Assembly (NCBI GenBank): GCA_047967505.1
Contig: CM106538.1
Direction: 5' to 3' (one strand)
DNA from: Dipteris shenzhenensis
Lineage: Eukaryota
DNA length: 64,000 nt
Below the pieces are notes generated by a model, which ran no database searches, was not told the DNA's origin, and saw nothing but the letters and a program-made list of their open reading frames with translations. Positions 37,641 to 50,523 of this stretch are shown in pieces. A program made the translations under genes and the position numbers. Position 1 is the stretch's first letter. Each line of letters starts with the position of its first letter.

Positions 37641-40600
37641 TGATGAAAGCAGAGGTCAACCAATTGCTCAAGGTAGCGTTCATCTACCAAGCCAATCACA
37701 GTAATTGGTTGTTTCCAATCACTATTGTGTTGAAGAAGAATGGAAAGAAAGCCAAAATTATTTGGATCATAAGCTATAGGCCACACTCTGGGCCTACTGA
37801 ACGGCATTCAAGGTCACAATGATTCATACCCCATTCCAACTAGCATTCAGTCTTTGAGGAAATTGTTGAGAAGTCCTTTGTTGATTTAGATCACTTTAAT
37901 TCTTCATCAAATCCCACATTGAGCTCTTTGATTGTTGACCCTTTGGCAATCTGTCGACTGTGCCTAACTTGGTTGATTCAATCCAATGGCTATTCTTGGA
38001 CTTTTCTTTCTTCTTTGTCTTTGGTGAAGCCTTTTGGAAAGCTGTGTGTAGCTCTTCTACTTTTGGAATCGTTTTGGCTACTATCCATAGTATGGCAATC
38101 GTTGCAACTCGCAATCAACATGATTTTGAGCATGAGCATCTTCTCTAGGCATATCCTTCTTCCACCTATAGACATTTGGGCTTGCAATCTTTCTTTACCA
38201 TGGTGTTTTCCATTGGTATTTGCACATCCTTCCCTTTTCGGCAATTATGAGGGTCTCCCCTCCCACAGTCATAAGTATCTTGGCACCCTTCAGCCATGGT
38301 GTCCCAAGAGCAATGGGTACCCTCCTTTTTTCTCCCTCTTGACCACGATGAATATGCTTATGAAGTAAAGTCCAATAATCTTGATGCAAATGTCTTCTGA
38401 TATGCTAGTAGGCATCACCAATCTCTAATCTAAAATCCAAATTTTGAACAATGATGGCTTCAATATTTTCAGCTTCATCTTTTTTCTAAACTTTATGAGA
38501 GATGATGTTCTCTCCCATGACTCCATCAATGAGCACTTCCTTCACTGTGTGATTTCAGAATTTAATGTCAATTATGGGTATGTTTTTGCCTTAGATCATC
38601 ATCTCGGCCACTTTTATCATTGACATAAGGGGTGTGGCTATGACTCATTGGTCCATGATGGGAATTTTACATAGTGTGGTGTGAGTTCCATCAATTGATT
38701 GATCTAAATCATCAAATTTAGTTCTCACAGCTTCTCTTAGGCAGAGTTGATTTGCATGTGCTCCACTTGTCATTCAAGTTCATCTTCACTCTTGGTCTCA
38801 TTATCCTCCTTCATTTATTCATTTGCTCCCATCAGTCGATCCTTCAACTGTTGCAATCTATTCCTCAAGGCAAGAGAGCTCAGTTTCTACATTCACCACC
38901 TAGTGAGAGCTCTAACTCTTTTGTCTCCAGAGCTTTTGGTCACCCATATCCAAGCCAATTATAGATCTTGAGGGCTGAAAGAGGAGAATTGACTACTACA
39001 AGCATGGCCCATGAGGTGATAAAGCAATCAGAGTAGCATCGCTATGCAAAAAAGTAAAGAAACTAAAGAACCAAAATCAATGTAGGAATATACAGGAAAA
39101 GGATGTTCAAACCCACTATGATTTGGCCGATAGGGAAAATATTGAATTGAAGATGGGAAATGCAAAAAGGCTCGCGAACAAGATCCACTCGAAGCCAAGG
39201 TTTATAGAAGTCTAGGCCAAGCTTACGAAGTCTCCAAATTATTCAAAGGGATTTTACAACAATGGGATGACTCCAACGATAGGTAAGAGAACTCTTATAG
39301 CTACTCACCCAACCCTATGACCCCAAAAATCCCAAGCCCAAAAGGATGGCAACTACAAAGGAGAAAATGGTGCAGGAGCCACAAGAACATCGGCCTCCAC
39401 CACACCAAGATCTTCAAAACCAATGACCCTTCTATAAAATATGACAAGTGAGAAATCCTAAAGGGAGGGAGTCAAGAAAATCAAAGGGTCAAGCTGAGGG
39501 AAACCAAGAAAAAAAGGAAAAGTAGAGGGCCGACGAGTGCCAAATTTTTAAGTAAGAGAAGACCCGAGTGGTCAAAGAACTAATCAAGCCTACAGCCATG
39601 AAGAAGTGAATAAAGATGCTGAGAAGGAAAACAAAGCATGTGGCTAACAAGACCAAAGGTCAAAGCACTAAGACACTGAAGGAATAGGTTGCAACTGAAG
39701 AAAAAATTCAAGGTTTAAGAAGCCAATAGTGGCCCACCCTAAAAAGGCAAGTAGATGAAATAGAAAGAAAGTGAGCCAAGGAAGTCATTGAGGCACAAGT
39801 AGCTTGAAAGGCAAAGGAACACCTAGCCAAAGTTTCCATTCACATGGCTTGGTTGAGACCATGCAACGAGATATGCATAAGCTGTGCAAAAGCGCATTGT
39901 AGAGCTACAAGATCAATAATGAGCAAGGGTGTCACCAAAAGGAGGATCCCATCAATTTAGATGTAGAGGATCACACAATTTTGATGACCCCACTAAGTAC
40001 TTGCTAATAAACAATGCATGAAGCAAGTCAAGCGAGAAGGATTGGAGCACAAGGGGGGTCGTCTCTTCCATACAAGTGGCCATCTCACTCAATAGAGAAC
40101 AACCATGGAGACGAGTCATCAAGCTGAGGCTTGATAGGGAAAAGAAGACCCAAGAGGTGGTGGCGAGTTTAAAATGTCTTTACTTGACTTATGTCCACTC
40201 TCCAATTGCTCTGAGCAAAACTGACTTGATCGTGGGCCTAAACATGGGGGGAAATCTAAAGCATGACACACAAGGTTGTTGAGTTGGCCTTGCATCAGGT
40301 CTCAAAGTAAAATCGTGTACCACTTCCAATGCGTGGACTCTTTTGAGGTCTCAATAGATTCATGCAAACACAACAAACGAATTCCTTCATTGTTCATGTA
40401 GGCTGAAAATTGAGATGCACTGCTACTTGGATATTCTTACCCCCTCAGGAGTTCCTGATAGTTCTTATATTGGCCTCTCTTACTATGCGATCCTTCTCAT
40501 TTGGGGCATTAAAATTCATTCATCACCCAACTCGGATTCACTTGTAGTAGACTCTATGTCATCATCCATAATTGAAGGGTAGCCCATCTCAAATAATTTT

Positions 40601-41400
40601 ACACGTTCTACGAGTGGAGCTTTATGATGAACATTGATTATTATTCAATTTTTACTTCATCCTGCCATTCAAGGCACATGAAAAGTGCACATCATGACTA
40701 CTCTAGACAATCCCATGAGAATTTGGTACAACATTCCTTCTAAAATGGCAATCAAATTAATTTCCATTTAAAGGGTCTTAAAGGCTTGACTTGTAATTCA
40801 AGACATAACTTTTTGTAAAGACCCGAAATTCATGACATTCATCACTAATATAGCATCTAGTATAACATCTACTATAGTTTGACCCTTATTTTCTATACAA
40901 ATATGGGGGAAATTTTTCTCTACAGCCATATCTTGAGGAGTTGTTACTTTCTATGGTGGATATGTATCGATGATGTGCTTCACTTCTTTGAACAATGTCC
41001 TCACTATCCGATGCATGTCTGCAAACAACATCATGGCTTGAAGCATTAACATGGCAACAAGACATAGATAAATGTCTACCCTTTTTCTCATTTCAGTCTA
41101 CCACTACATATTTTAAATTTCTCTTTCTTAGCTATTGATCCACAATCTTTTCCACTCAAAAGGGGTTTCTCATTACCAAGTTTGAGCAAACGTCTACACT
41201 AGGTTCACCATTTGTGTATATCTTCAAAAATTTATGCATAGTGCATATGCATTCAAACACTTTTGAGTCCAAATGAGGATCTTCCCCTACAATAACATGA
41301 AAATTAGGGAAACGAAAAACCAAATCATTGGGTAATGGGGGCATCACACATGGAAAAAAATGTGGAACTTGAGGTACAACCATCGTGTGTGGAACCATAG
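37640..41400. mobile_element. Scrambled Ty3/gypsy remnants (RT start on +, aspartic protease on -)
   Basis: + 37640-37750 reads KAEVNQLLKVAFIY...WLFPITIVLKKNGK. - about 38500-38580 reads VKEVLIDG. The rest is only weakly recognisable and boundaries are approximate. Confidence 0.5.
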
Positions 41401-42022
41401 GTCAAGGAGGTAGTAATCCTATTCCACTGGGTATTGCAATCAAACCTACCGTTACGAGAGGGGAAGAAGTTGTAATACAAACAGATGTTTGAGAAAATTT
41501 TGTATGCGATAAAGATTTTCCCACCTTCTTCTTCTTCTCCTTCCTATCCTTTAGATGATCTAACTACTAAGAAATCTTATGTATGGTTTAGGAAGAGGTA
41601 TGAGACTATATATTCACCTATTTCAAGATATATACCTGTCAATCAATCCAAACTCAAGTCTCTCAAAAATTGAGGATCTGCTCTCTACCATTCTCTCCAA
41701 ATTCTGCATTGCATTTGAGGGTCTATCTCGTCATCACTCATCCCCTCTTCTTTAGCCTATGATTGCTTATAGGAGAGCCTTAAAAGCCATCTGGGATTGG
41801 TAAGTCCAAGTGAATCATTGTACAAAGTATATATGATTTATACTTTTCAAGTATTGGCTTCTATCAAGGGTAAAATGTGCATGCCCGATCTTTGGTGAGG
41901 TTATACCTTTCCCCAAGGAGGGAAGGAACCCCGTTGCTAGTTCAACCCCCATGAAGTGAAGGGTTTAGCTCTCTCCACACTGGGGCTGCATAAAAGCAAA
42001 CCATCCCTTTGAAAATTGTTAC

Positions 42023-42073
<51 letters not shown>

Positions 42074-43750
42074 ACCCCCTATAGAATTCACATATTGCAA
42101 CTTGCGTGCAAATTTGGAGCTTGAGCTTTCTCTGAAGTTGCCAAGTATATATCTAGATGAATCCAAGAACATATCCAAACATGCAATTTCAATCTCTAAA
42201 AACATGGAAAAGGGACGTGGTCCCTAAAAACACAATGCGGTGTAGTTTTAATCTCTAAAGACATTAACAAGGGAAGTGGTCACCATAAAAGACCTCAATT
42301 CAAATAGGAGCTTGTTCTATGAGAGACAAACACAACACAATAGAAAAAACACAAGACCAAGGTAAAGGACTATGATAAGCAAGCTAGACTAATTTAGAGA
42401 CATGGGACCCATGTTAGTGGTACACTTGGAAACCATCTCAAATATTGCACAGTAGTAATTATCTTATTGTTATTATCAGTGGGTGCCTAACGTCTTCTCT
42501 TGGGAAGTACGTGCGTTGAAAGGATATGATCTTTGCCTTGTCCCAAAAATGTTATACCACTGGCAAATTTTTGATGTGGAGAATCCCATAAAGATTACAT
42601 TTGAGTTCATATCAATCATTCTCTTCAAGGAAGTATTCCTAAGGTAAACTCATAGTTGAGACCATTAGCTACTCCAATACTTTGCCATGCTAATTTTCGG
42701 GAGATAGAACCTAGCAATATCATCAATCATCATATTACTTGTATAGAGTGGAGCATTTCACATCTAAAACATTTGAAGTTTAAAATGGATGTAGCTGGAC
42801 GTGTAAGCTTCCTACTAATTGACAAAGAATATGCATCATTTGATAGTGCAATGGAAAAGGAAGCAAATCACAAGATCTTTTGTTAGAGCTTCCCTATTGG
42901 ATACCCGTGTAGAGGCATGAATTCTTCCAAAGATGATGTCATCTCCACTCTTGGAAATCACCACAAGATCTTTCCCTAGAACTCCCCTATTGGATGCCCT
43001 ATGAAGCAACAAGTTTTTTCCCCTTCTATTTTTGGCAATATAGATATCTGAGCACACATCATGTGTTGCAAGGTGCATCAAATGAATATGGTATCACTTG
43101 GAGATTCAAGTACACCCATTACAAGTCCTTTGTGTGCTCCATAAAGTTGTCATTCTTGAGGTCACCTTGGAGATTGCAGCTTGGAGAGCAAGTGTCCACT
43201 GTGAAGACCACGAAGATTCAGTAGGAAAGGTTGGAGCTGAGTGTTGGGAGAGAGTGGCTTGAAAAGATCTTTTCCCACACTTTCTTTAGAAATTTGGATG
43301 TTGGCCTTTATTTAAAGGTCTTGAAGCTGCTAGAAGAAAAGCTTGAGCTTTTAAAAAAGCCTTGTGCAAGGCTACCAAGTGGCTTCATGAGGGTTGAGAA
43401 AACCCAAAACCCTCTATAGGCTAACTTGCATAAAGAACACAAAGGGAAGACCCAGTTTTGGGATGAATCCCTGTGCTTTGAAGTGGTTGAGAGAGAAATA
43501 ATTCTTAAAGAACAAAGAATTTGTGTGCTAGAAAGTCAATTGGTTGACCTTAAAGAGGAATTGACTAGGGAGATTGAGCAATTAAAGAAGAACTTGGGCC
43601 ATGTCCAAGTTGAGTTGTGGGCCTCCAAGTCCAAAGGCAAGGATGTGGAGGTGATCACAATTTAGCGATAGAGGTGATATAGGAGAAAAACTATGTTGGC
43701 GATTGAGAAAGAGTGAGGTATGAGTTTGACTAACGAACTCTAGAGGAGAG

Positions 43751-44007
43751 TGACAAAATATGAAGAGGGGAGAGGAGAAGAGTGGAGATGAGGAGAGAGG
43801 GCACAACTAGAGAGCACACCACAAATGACTAACTGTACACTAGAATTAGTTGAAAAAATAGAATATATACAAACCCTTTTAGGGTTAGGGTTAGGGGATC
43901 TAACCCTTTCCTTTATAGCACTCTATAAGGTTAGTGCTATGCACATATGATCACGTGATGGTGCTATGCACACATGATCACATGATGTTGAGCGTGAACT
44001 CTCAACA
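43751..44007 (-). repeat. 3' LTR of the copia element
   Basis: Near-identical to 50862-51118 and adjacent to the PPT (CCTTCCCTC on +). Confidence 0.97.
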
Positions 44008-44095
44008 CCTTCCCTCAAGATCAACATCATGAAGTAGGCCTTCCCTCAAGATGATGATTCTGGGGAATCGAAGAAGGACTGAGCATTACATTCCA

Positions 44096-47000
44096 TCACA
44101 CCCCTTTAATGGGAATGTCCTTCCTCTGCATCAAACCAAGAGCTAGTTGGTGTTTCTCGAATAGCTCTTTACTGAGTGGTTTGGTAAAGATGTCTGCAAC
44201 ATTTTCTTTGCTATCACAATGCTGCAGTGTGATGTCACCAAGTAACACTCTTTCTCTGATGAAGTGCTCTCTGACATCAATGTGCTTTGTTCTGGAGTGA
44301 TATACTGGATTTTTGGCCAATGCTTGAGCCGATTGATTATCACAGTATATTGTTGTTGGCTTTGACTCATCAAAGTAATTTGTTTCTGACAATAGTCTTC
44401 TGAGCCATGTAGCCTCACATGCACCTGTAGTGAGTGCTCTATATTCTGCTTCAGTCGAAGACAAAGAAACAGTTGGCTGTTTGTTTGACAACCATGATAT
44501 AGCACCTTGACCAAGGAAAAATGCATATCCCTATGTCGATCTCCTGGTCTCATGATCTCCAGCATAGTCACTGTCACAGTATCCATGCAACCATGGATGA
44601 CTTCCTCTGTATTCTATCCCAAATTGTCTTGTACCTCTGATGTATCTCAAGACTCTTTTGGCTGCATTCCAGTGAGACTGTTTTGGATTTGCCATAAACT
44701 GTGCTAGTGAGCTTACTGCATAACAAATATCTGGCCGTGTGATTGTCAGATATATAAGAGATCCAATGAGTTGCCTGTAGTATCTGTCATTGATTGTAGG
44801 CTTTTCTGAATCTTTAGTAAGTTTCAAACTCTGTTCCATGGGAGTGGCTGCAATCTTGCAATCTGCCATATGAAACTTCTTCAGGAGATTGTCAACATAT
44901 TTGAGCTGACTCATGAATGTGCTATCTGAATCTCTCCAGAACTCAATTCCAAGACAATAGTGCATAAGTCCAAGATCTTTCATGTCAAACTCTGCAAATA
45001 AGTCTTGTTTTAGTTTTCTGATGAAGCTATCCTTGCTTCGTGTCACAATCAGATCATCTACGTACAAAAGTGCAATAGTAATATCTTCCCCTTGAACTTT
45101 GTAGTAGAGAGTATGATCTGCATTGGACTTCATGTATCCCAGATCAGCAAAATACTTGTCAATTCTGCTGGTTGTTGCATGTAGACTTCCTCGTCTAGAT
45201 AACCATTGAGAAATGCATTCTTGACATCGAGCTGATACACATTCCATTTACTGAGTGTTGCTAGTGATATCAAGAACCGTATGGAATCCATCTTTGCTAC
45301 TGGAGCATAAGTCTCATCATAATCTTGACCATATTGTTGTGCAAATCCTTTTGCAACTAATCTGGCTTTGTATCTCTGAATACTGCCATCTGGATTGTAC
45401 TTCACTTTGTATACCCATTTGTTGGCTATGGCCTTCTTTCTTGGTGGAAGGTCGCATAATTCCCAAGCGTTATTTTTATACAAAGCATCCATTTCTTCAT
45501 TCATAGCAGTTTGCCATTCTGGCTTGTCTACTGTGTCTTCGAAGTACACTGGCTCTTCTGTAGCCATGATGGTAGTCATAAGAGCATAGTTGGTGGTTTC
45601 CACCTGAATTGCTTTGCCTTTCTGAGCATATGTCAATCTGGCTGGTGGTCTGCTTTCCCTAGTAGACCGTCTGAGCTGCTGTGGCACTGATTGGGGTGTT
45701 GTTGGGAATTCTTGCTCTTCTTCATCAACCTGTTCTGTAGGTGACTGTGAAGTCGATTCTTCTATCTCCTGTGTAGGTGAGGTTTTCCATTCTGATTCCT
45801 CATCGAAGATTACATCTCTGGAGATAATGACTTTGCGGTTGATGGGATCATACAATTTGTATGCTTTGCTTTCTTCACTGTAGCCAACCATGATGCATTT
45901 GCATGACTTCGCATCCAATTTCCTGCGATGATCATCATGTATGTGGGCATATGCTATGCAACCAAATATGCGGAGATGCCCAATGTGTGGCTTGTGTCCA
46001 GTGAATGCTTCATAAGGAGTCATACCTTGTATTGGTTCGGTAGGAAGCCGATTAAGCAAGTAGTTAGCTGTAGCTATTGCTTCTGCCCAATACTGATTCG
46101 GAAGATGCTTTTCACTAAGCATTGCTCTAGCACTGTCTGCTAAAGTTCCATTCTTCCTTTCAGCTCTTGCATTTTGCTGAGGAGTATCTGCACATGTGAA
46201 TTGTCTTCGAATGCCGTGATTTTTGCAAAAGTTCATGAATGCTGAAGACATGTATTCACCTCCTCTGTCTGATCTCATGACCTTAATCTTTCTGCCTGTT
46301 TGGTTTTCTACCATGGCTTTGAATTCTTGAAATCTGGCAAACACTTCAGATTTCTCTTTCAGAAAGTAGACCCAACAATATCTTCTGTAGTCGTCGATGA
46401 AGGTCAAGTAATAAAGTGAACCATTGATGCTGCGGGTCTGGGCATAACCCCATACATCTATATGAATCAAATCAAGAATACCTCGTGCACGAGAGGTACT
46501 TCTGACAAAGTTGGTTCGCTTTTGTTTGCCGAAGCAGCATGCTTCACAAACTTTTCCAAGAAACTGTAGCTTCGGAATCCCAATTGCCATATTCTGATTC
46601 CTTAGATCTAACAAGTACTTGAAGTTGACATGACCATATCTCTTGTGCCATTTTGCAGATAGTGGCATCTGTTGCATTTGAGCTGACAAGGCATGCTTAT
46701 CTGGTACTGTAGCTAGCATCCTGTATAAGCGTCCTTCCTTGACACCTTTTGCTACTAGCTGACCTCTTTTGGATTTGTCTCTGATAGTGCATTCATCACC
46801 GTCAAAGATGACTTTGTAGTTGTGTTCCGTCATTTGACCTACTGACAAAAGGTTCTTGCTGAGCTTCGGAACATAGAGCACATCTTTGACTAATCCTTTT
46901 GTACCAGTGAAATTGTTCATAGGGATAACCCCTGTCCCTTGAACCGGATTCGGTGTATTGTCTGCTGTGTAGATGACATTCTTTTGTCCTTCTAATGGCT

Positions 47001-48261
47001 TCATTTCTATGAACCATTCCTGATGATTTGTCATATGAGATGATGCACCGCTGTCGATGTACCAAGGATCCTGTTCCACTTGGTCGACTTGATAGCTGAA
47101 ATCCTCTTTGGGATTGAAATCAGTGTCTAGGTGCATTGTATCAGTCTGATGCAATTCCTCACTTGCAAGAAACATATTGCCATGTTCATTTGCAAAATGA
47201 CTGTGACTAGAATGTCCACCACGATGATTTCCTCTTCCTCGGGAATTCCCTCGATTACTGCTGGATTGACCGCCTTGGTCGTACTGCTTCTTGCGGCAAT
47301 CTCTTTCATAGTGTCCAAACTTGTGACAGTAATTGCACTGGATGTTTGACACATTGGTGGATGCATTCCCTCATCCTTGGAATCTTCCTCGGTTGGAATG
47401 ATTTCCTCTTTGCTGATTTTGATGTTGCTGAGGATGGTGCTAATGTTGATGCTGATTCTGACTTTGATTTTGTTGATGATGACCACTTTTCTGATATGAT
47501 CTACCTCTGTTTCTACCTTTGCCTCTGCTTCTGTCTGAAGCTGTGAATGCCTGATCATTAGAATGACCTTTACGTGCTTGAATGGCCTGAGTCCTGAGTT
47601 CTTCACCAAGTAGAACTGACTGAAGTTCTTCCAGTGTTGGAATTTGCCGTTGGATGGCAATACTATGGACTAGATTCTCATATCCTTCTCCTAGTCCATT
47701 CAGGATTACTTGAACCATTTCTACGGGATTCATAGTCTCTCCTGCTGCTGCAAGTTAATTGTTGTAGTCTTTGATGCGGAGTACATAAGCATGACCGGTT
47801 TCATTGCTGTTGCGGAAACTCTAGTTGATCTGGTTTCTCAGGGTGAGAATCCTAGATGTGTTCTTGGACTCGTAGAGAGCTGTGAACATATCCCATGCTT
47901 CTTTTGATGTCTTGACTGTGTTGAGCTGTCCTAGCATGACATCTTGCACATTCTGCTTGATCAGGTGATAGGCATACTTGTCTTTCTTATCCCATTCTGC
48001 TTGAGCTCAGGCAATGGCAGGATCTGCTACTACTGGTGCGGAAACTGTTTGTGTAGATGTAGATCCTGTTGCTGGTACTGTGACAACAGATGGAGTAGAG
48101 CTACTGGTGGCTGGATCGGCCAATGGTCTAGGTATAGATCCATCGACATACTCCCATTTGTCCTGAAGCACAAGAATGGTCTCCATTCGGTATTTCCATG
48201 TACCGTAATTGGAGTTGTCTAACTTAGCAGATGCCTCCAGATTGAGGTTGCTAGTCGACAT
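44096..48261 (-). pseudogene. Copia gag-pol polyprotein, disrupted
   Basis: Gag KLDNSNYGTWKYRM and zinc knuckle CNYCHKFGHYERDC; protease WYIDSGASSHM; integrase WHKRYGH...CEAC, IDD, RSDRGGEY; RT YKARLVAKG, LLYVDD; RNase H YCDSDYAG, ADIFTKPL. There are five in-frame stops in gag, a frameshifting deletion near 45168 and a stop at 44531-44533. Confidence 0.95.
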
Positions 48262-49969
48262 GGTGCAAACAATGTACTCAAAAGTGTCCTGAAAAAACTC
48301 TGTATGAATCAACTGCAAATACACTGAAGATGCCAAGTGAAATCTCTGTACCGTCGATGAAGATAGAACTGCAGTATATAAGATCTGATCTGTGTTACAA
48401 GGCTTGTGGCAATGATGCCGAGAATAGCTAAGAGGCTTTACAAGGCTAAAAAATGATGTGCACGATGCCATGAGATAGCCGAATAGGCTTTACAATGGTG
48501 CCATGTGTGTGTGAAATCAAGTGCTATCTACCCACTGAACCAATCTGCAATGCCTCTGAACTCTGAAGTCTGCTCACTGAACTGATAAACGTAAGGTTTC
48601 AGGTAATGTAATGATGTGAAATCGGATGTGAGCGTATGGACTGACTCCGAGTAGATACTAGTCGGGAATTTTGGGCATGGCTTAGATTGGCAACTTGGGG
48701 AATTCAAAGCATCCCCTCTATGGCGATCTAGTCTACTCTGATCTAGATCTAAACCAACCATCGATCGATGAAAGAGTAGCAAATAATTCCTTTTCTTTTG
48801 TTCTTTTTAAGTGCTGGGTCAGATGCGTCGATGTAGAGGCAAATGTGCGTGAAGGAAGTGGTTTTGTCGGCGAGGCTCAAATGTGAGTGTAACTTGCACC
48901 GAAATGTGCGCGTGATGTAACGAGCGCATAGAGCACAAAAAAACGAGCGACTTTCCTTTTTGGAGTACCCTCAAATTCTTCCTGGATCAAGAGATATGAC
49001 TTGATCTAGGTGGAGGGGCAAAAGGAGTGCAAATGGTGCTCAATGATGATGTGTCACTGTGAGTCACATGCAGTGATGATGTGGCATTGTGCTTAGCAAG
49101 AGGTGTGCCAGTGAAGCTCTGTGCTGAGGTGGCAGGAGTGTGCACATGCAGTGTGTGCACAGTGTGCCTGGCAAGGGACTGTGTCTGCAGAGGGTTAGTG
49201 CTGACTGGACTGCTGAGGTGGCAGTGCTGAGGTGGCACTGATGATGTCAGCAAGGTGACGTGGCAATGCTGACGTGGCACTGATGACATGGCATAGGTGA
49301 TGTGGCACTATGGATAAGGTTGCCACGTGGTAGCCCTTTGACCACACCTGTGTGTGTGGTGACCTTGGGTGGATAAGGTCTATGCCAGGTGTCAATTTTG
49401 TGGCCAGCCCCTAGGTGCTTCCTATCTGCCACGTGTAGGAAGATTGGAGGTCGGAATCTTCGAGGTTCCGACGGAATCTCTCAAAGATTTCGTTAATGGA
49501 CATTGCCGGTTTGGCGAGATGGTCGCACAAGAGGTGGCGTGGGCGCAAGAGCTATCAAGAGATACCAGCTTGAGGGAGCCATTGTTCCCTGTTGCAGAAG
49601 AGCCGCTCTTGTTTGATGGTGGATGAAACCCGGAGTCGCTGGAGACAAGCCGCTCAGGGACTAGCGTCGACGTCGAATGGAGAGCTGGAGTCTACAGAGG
49701 TTGGAGCCATCGCTATGGCAGAGCTTTGGGCTTGTTTGGCTATGGCGCTGTTCAATATGCTTAGAGATTCGTTGGTCATTGCTGGATGGCATCCGTAGTC
49801 TAGCGGAGATGGCAAATAGCTTTAGTCAGCGAGGTCGCCTTGGAAGCTGTCGGTTACGTTGATGGAGGAGCTAGTATTGAGTAAGGAGCTTTGTGCGTGC
49901 TGGTCGATGCAGAGTTTGGAGATGTTGCTCATTGACTGAAGCTCGTGAAGCTGTTATGAGGCATCGTGC

Positions 49970-50523
49970 ATTTGGAAAGGACCGCATCGGCCGCTTCACG
50001 CCGACAGAGTAACTGTATGCGTGATGATAACTTCTGCTCAGACAGCATGACTGCTGTCGAGTCTGATCTCGTTAACCAGATGCTAGGAAACATCAAGTTT
50101 CTTTCGAGATGCAGAACTGCTGCATTAGCTGCCTTGGAGGCGGGCCTCTATTCCAAATCGGTTCGGCATTTCTCCAAAATTGTGGAGGGTAGGAAAGGCA
50201 CTCCTCAAGGTTTCATTGCGGATTGCTACCTTCACAGAGCTATAGCATACCAGGTGGCGGGAAACGTCGTAGACGCCATAGCAGATTGTAACCGAACTCT
50301 TGTGCTGGACCCCCATTGTACGAGAGCGCTAAGCGCTAGAGCTTCGCTATACGAGATGGTGAGATGCTTTTCGGAGTGTTTGCTCGATTTGCAATAGCTA
50401 AAGATGATTTACGAAGCTGCACTTCGTTATCGAATGGTACGGGAGCCCCGTTGGTCCATCCGTCAACAGACAACAGCAGACATCGACTTTGCTGGTGGCT
50501 TGGACTACATTAACAGCAAAATG
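49970..50523 (+). pseudogene. Captured fragment of a plant TPR-repeat/J-domain (DnaJ-like) gene inside the copia 5' leader
   Basis: ASAASRRQS...DD.F, IKFL.R.RTAALAALEAGLYS.S.RHFSKIVEGR.GTPQGFIADCYLHRA.AY...G...DAIADCNRTL.LDP...AL..RA.L.E.VRC...L.DL. A single in-frame TAG (50395-50397) follows, then LKMIY...LR. From memory this matches the Arabidopsis At2g47440/At3g62570-type family. Confidence 0.85.

Noticed and set aside
43878-43897. TTAGGG repeats as an interstitial telomere or healed break
   Set aside because: There are only about 3 units and they are identical in both LTRs, so they are part of the element.
47371-48009. Programmed stop readthrough or C-U RNA editing as an explanation for the in-frame gag stops
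   Set aside because: Five scattered stops plus an RT deletion fit mutational decay better. Stop-repairing U-to-C editing is known in organelles, not nuclear TEs.
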